Shown here one piece after another: positions 7,889 through 9,388 of a stretch of DNA of 9,388 bases. Positions within the stretch are counted from its first letter, which is position 1, and every line of letters begins with the position of its first letter. Below the pieces are notes generated by a model. The model was not told the origin of the DNA and made no database searches. It saw nothing but the letters and a program-made list of their open reading frames with translations. Location of the stretch: sequence record OY723368.1. One strand, 5' to 3'. A program made the translations under genes and the position numbers.

Positions 7889-8258
7889 TACTATACACTA
7901 AGGGCACACAATTTAGGGGTTCCGAGCACCTCCAGACCCCCAATCCGACACCCTCTGGGATACCCTATCTGAGGGGTACGGGCCCGAATCCCTTAGGAGC
8001 ACCTTAGGGATGGTATTGGGGAGGGGTCTGGGAGCACCCAGAAAGGGTCCCAAAACGAGTGATTTAGGGTCCAAAACACCCATTTTGGGAGGTCTCGGGA
8101 TACCTCAGATACCCCATTTCTGGAGGTCTTGGGGTCCTCAGATCATGGCATCCGTGTCCTCAGATACCTAATACCTATGGTCTGCGAGTCCTTAGTACCT
8201 ATCTGCATGGTCTGTATGCCCGTATCCTCTGTGCCATGTCCTCTGTGCATGTCCTTAG

Positions 8259-8330
8259 TACCTATCTGCATACCTATCTGCATACCTATCTGCATACCTA
8301 TCTGCATACCTATCTGCATACCTATCTGCA
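8259..8330. repeat. 12-bp microsatellite tacctatctgca x6
   Basis: Six perfect units starting at 8259, 8271, 8283, 8295, 8307 and 8319, followed by caggtcc. They produce the PICI and LHTY periodic pseudo-ORFs at 8129..8383, 8236..8436 and 8143..8331(-). Confidence 0.95.
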
Positions 8331-8743
8331 CAGGTCCTCAGATACATCGCGAGCATCCCCGGACCCCATATCTCATGATCTGATGGTCTCCGGATCCGCT
8401 CATGGTCTCCAGATCTGCACATCCCCAGACCCCTAATCCGATACCCACAGCATATGGTCTCATAGTATGCATCTAATGGTGATGGTATCCATAGTGGTCT
8501 GTATCCCTACTACACACACCATGGTATGTAGTGCATATGGTCTGTATGCCCTCATGGTCTCTGGATCCCTGCATCCCTGGATCCCATACCCATGGCATCC
8601 CCAGACCCCGGATCTCATGATTTGAGACCCCAAATCCATCATTTTGAGACCTCTAAAATCATCATTTTAGACCCCAAAACCATGGATTTCAGGTCCTCAG
8701 ATATGCTCTCCGGGATGCTCGTAATGGTCATAATGGCTCTCAG

Positions 8744-8846
8744 AGGATATGGGGATACTCCCCGTAGGCCTCTCGGTAGCCCAGGATGCACGGAGGGACA
8801 TTCCCTGTGGAGGTGATCTCCTCAGGTATCCCGTATGCCATATCCT
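8744..8846. repeat. a1 core element copy 3
   Basis: Matches 3781..3883 except for at least one substitution (ggaggtgatctcc versus ggagatgatctcc). Both inverted-repeat arms are intact. Confidence 0.7.
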
Positions 8847-8873
8847 GTCATTAGGTACCCATTCCGACCCATT

Positions 8874-9282
8874 TGGTGTCCCCAAAATCATCACTTTTGG
8901 TGACCAAAGGGGTACCCCTTTGCAACACGTTTTGGGACCCCCTAAAATGGTCACTTTTGGGACCTCTTTAGGTACCCTTCCCGGCACCCCTTAAGGGCCA
9001 TCCTTCGAGGAATGGCACCATTTAGGGGGTCTGAAAGGGGGTCAGAAAGGGTGCTAAAAGGGTACATGCATGAGTACTCACACACCATCTTTAAGGGGTT
9101 TCGGGGGTTCTGTATCCCTCGAAGGATCCCCCTTAGTATATGGGGTGGTGTTCCCATGTGCAAAAGGGGCTAAAAGAGGTGTTTTCGACCCTTTTTGCAT
9201 GCCAAAACCACCAAAATCGATGGTTTTGAGCACCCCAAATCACTCATTTTGGGGGTTTCGGGCCCTGTCCAATACCCTCCAT
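8874..9282. repeat. Module V: degenerate G-run/A-run/T-run motif region
   Basis: Built from words such as ccccaaaatcatcacttttggtgacc, gttttgggaccccctaaaatggtcacttttgggacc, catttagggggtctgaaagggggtcagaaagggtgctaaaaggg and ccccaaatcactcattttggggg. Segment 8918..8970 resembles the window start 30..90 (gcaacac.gttttgggacccc.taaaa). I found no long paralog inside the window. Confidence 0.55.
8905..8922. repeat. 18-bp perfect palindrome caaaggggtacccctttg
   Basis: Read directly: the string equals its own reverse complement and is centred on a GGTACC site. Confidence 0.95.
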
Positions 9283-9295
9283 AATGGTCTCTTAG

Positions 9296-9388
9296 AGGAT
9301 ATGGGGTACTGCATGTAGGCCTCTCGGTAGCCCAGGATGCACGGAGGGACATTCCCTGTGGAGGTGATCTCCTCAGGTTCCATAATGC
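9296..9388. repeat. a1 core element, divergent copy running to the window edge
   Basis: Reads aggatatggggtactgcatgtaggcctctcggtagcccaggatgcacggagggacattccctgtggaggtgatctcctcagg, then diverges (ttccataatgc). The 3' arm of the inverted repeat is absent. ccataatg occurs at both 9279 and 9381, so a ~102-bp tandem period may continue beyond the window. Confidence 0.6.

Larger units (their letters stand above)
5894..8873. repeat. Large direct repeat, copy 2 (~2.98 kb)
   Basis: Collinear with 920..3910. Homology starts at attagatgtgtatacc and ends after ccgacccatt. Copy 1 then continues ccatgtcatc, and this copy continues tggtgtcccc. Confidence 0.95.

Noticed and set aside
8129-8436. ORFs with PICI, LHTY and MQIG tetrapeptide repeats on both strands
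   Set aside because: These are direct translations of the 12-bp microsatellite tacctatctgca in different frames and strands. Copy number differs between the paralogs (4 versus 6 units).
1-9388. All ORFs in the supplied six-frame track as candidate CDS
   Set aside because: All are 138 aa or shorter and lie in repeated DNA on overlapping frames and strands. Their composition is low complexity and rich in H/Y/M/C/V/I. Paralogous copies are truncated or frameshifted by single-base indels, so there is no sign of selection on a reading frame. I recognise no protein family.
1-9388. Hidden genes under an alternative genetic code (TGA, TAA or TAG reassigned)
   Set aside because: TAA, TAG and TGA are all frequent in every frame by eye, in words such as ctaatg, catagg, gtagt, tgatg and ataatc. 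Reassigning any single stop would not open long frames. I did not verify this computationally.
1-9388. Fungal repeat-induced point mutation (RIP) as the cause of the TA-rich vocabulary
   Set aside because: The repeat copies are nearly identical rather than riddled with C-to-T and G-to-A transitions. GC content is moderate and CpG runs survive.

Overview
I cannot support any protein-coding gene, tRNA, rRNA, CRISPR array or recognisable mobile element in this 9,388-bp window. The longest ORF in six frames is 138 aa. Every ORF in the track lies inside repeated DNA, and paralogous ORFs are broken differently by 1-bp indels. The translations are H/Y/M/C/V/I-rich low complexity with no family I recognise. 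The window is a nested repeat mosaic in which nearly everything lies head to tail, built from a small set of modules. Order, left to right: tail of module A (55..306); C-type satellite units (298..791); module A, made of a1 head plus a2 body (792..1594); a D-C-D higher-order tandem (1595..2226); B (to about 3758); module A again (3759..4560); a mostly unique spacer U holding a perfect 19-bp minisatellite (4561..5678); one C unit (5679..5893); then a near-identical second copy of a2 + D-C-D + B + a1 (5894..8873); a G/T-run-rich module V (8874..9282); and another a1 head cut by the window edge. The dominant feature is a roughly 3.0-kb direct duplication (920..3910 and 5894..8873, offset 4974 to 4963 bp), roughly 98-99% identical by eye. 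Smaller features are a 12-bp microsatellite with a different copy number in the two paralogs, a (CG)7(TG)n tract, a 12-nt box present 16 times forward and once inverted, a conserved 103-nt a1 core with a 15-bp interrupted inverted repeat, perfect palindromes, and strand-biased TTTAGGG-like heptamers. The composition is about 45% GC by rough estimate, with a vocabulary rich in CATG, GTAC and GGTACC. Together with the absence of genes, this looks like eukaryotic satellite or subtelomere-like DNA, or another non-coding repeat island, rather than ordinary prokaryotic or phage coding sequence. I cannot identify the source organism. I see no evidence for a novel protein-based system. The most testable non-trivial items are the a1 element (structured RNA or recombination junction?), the repeat breakpoints and the gene-conversion patch. 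All repeat boundaries were found by eye and are good to about +/-5 bp. No identities were computed.
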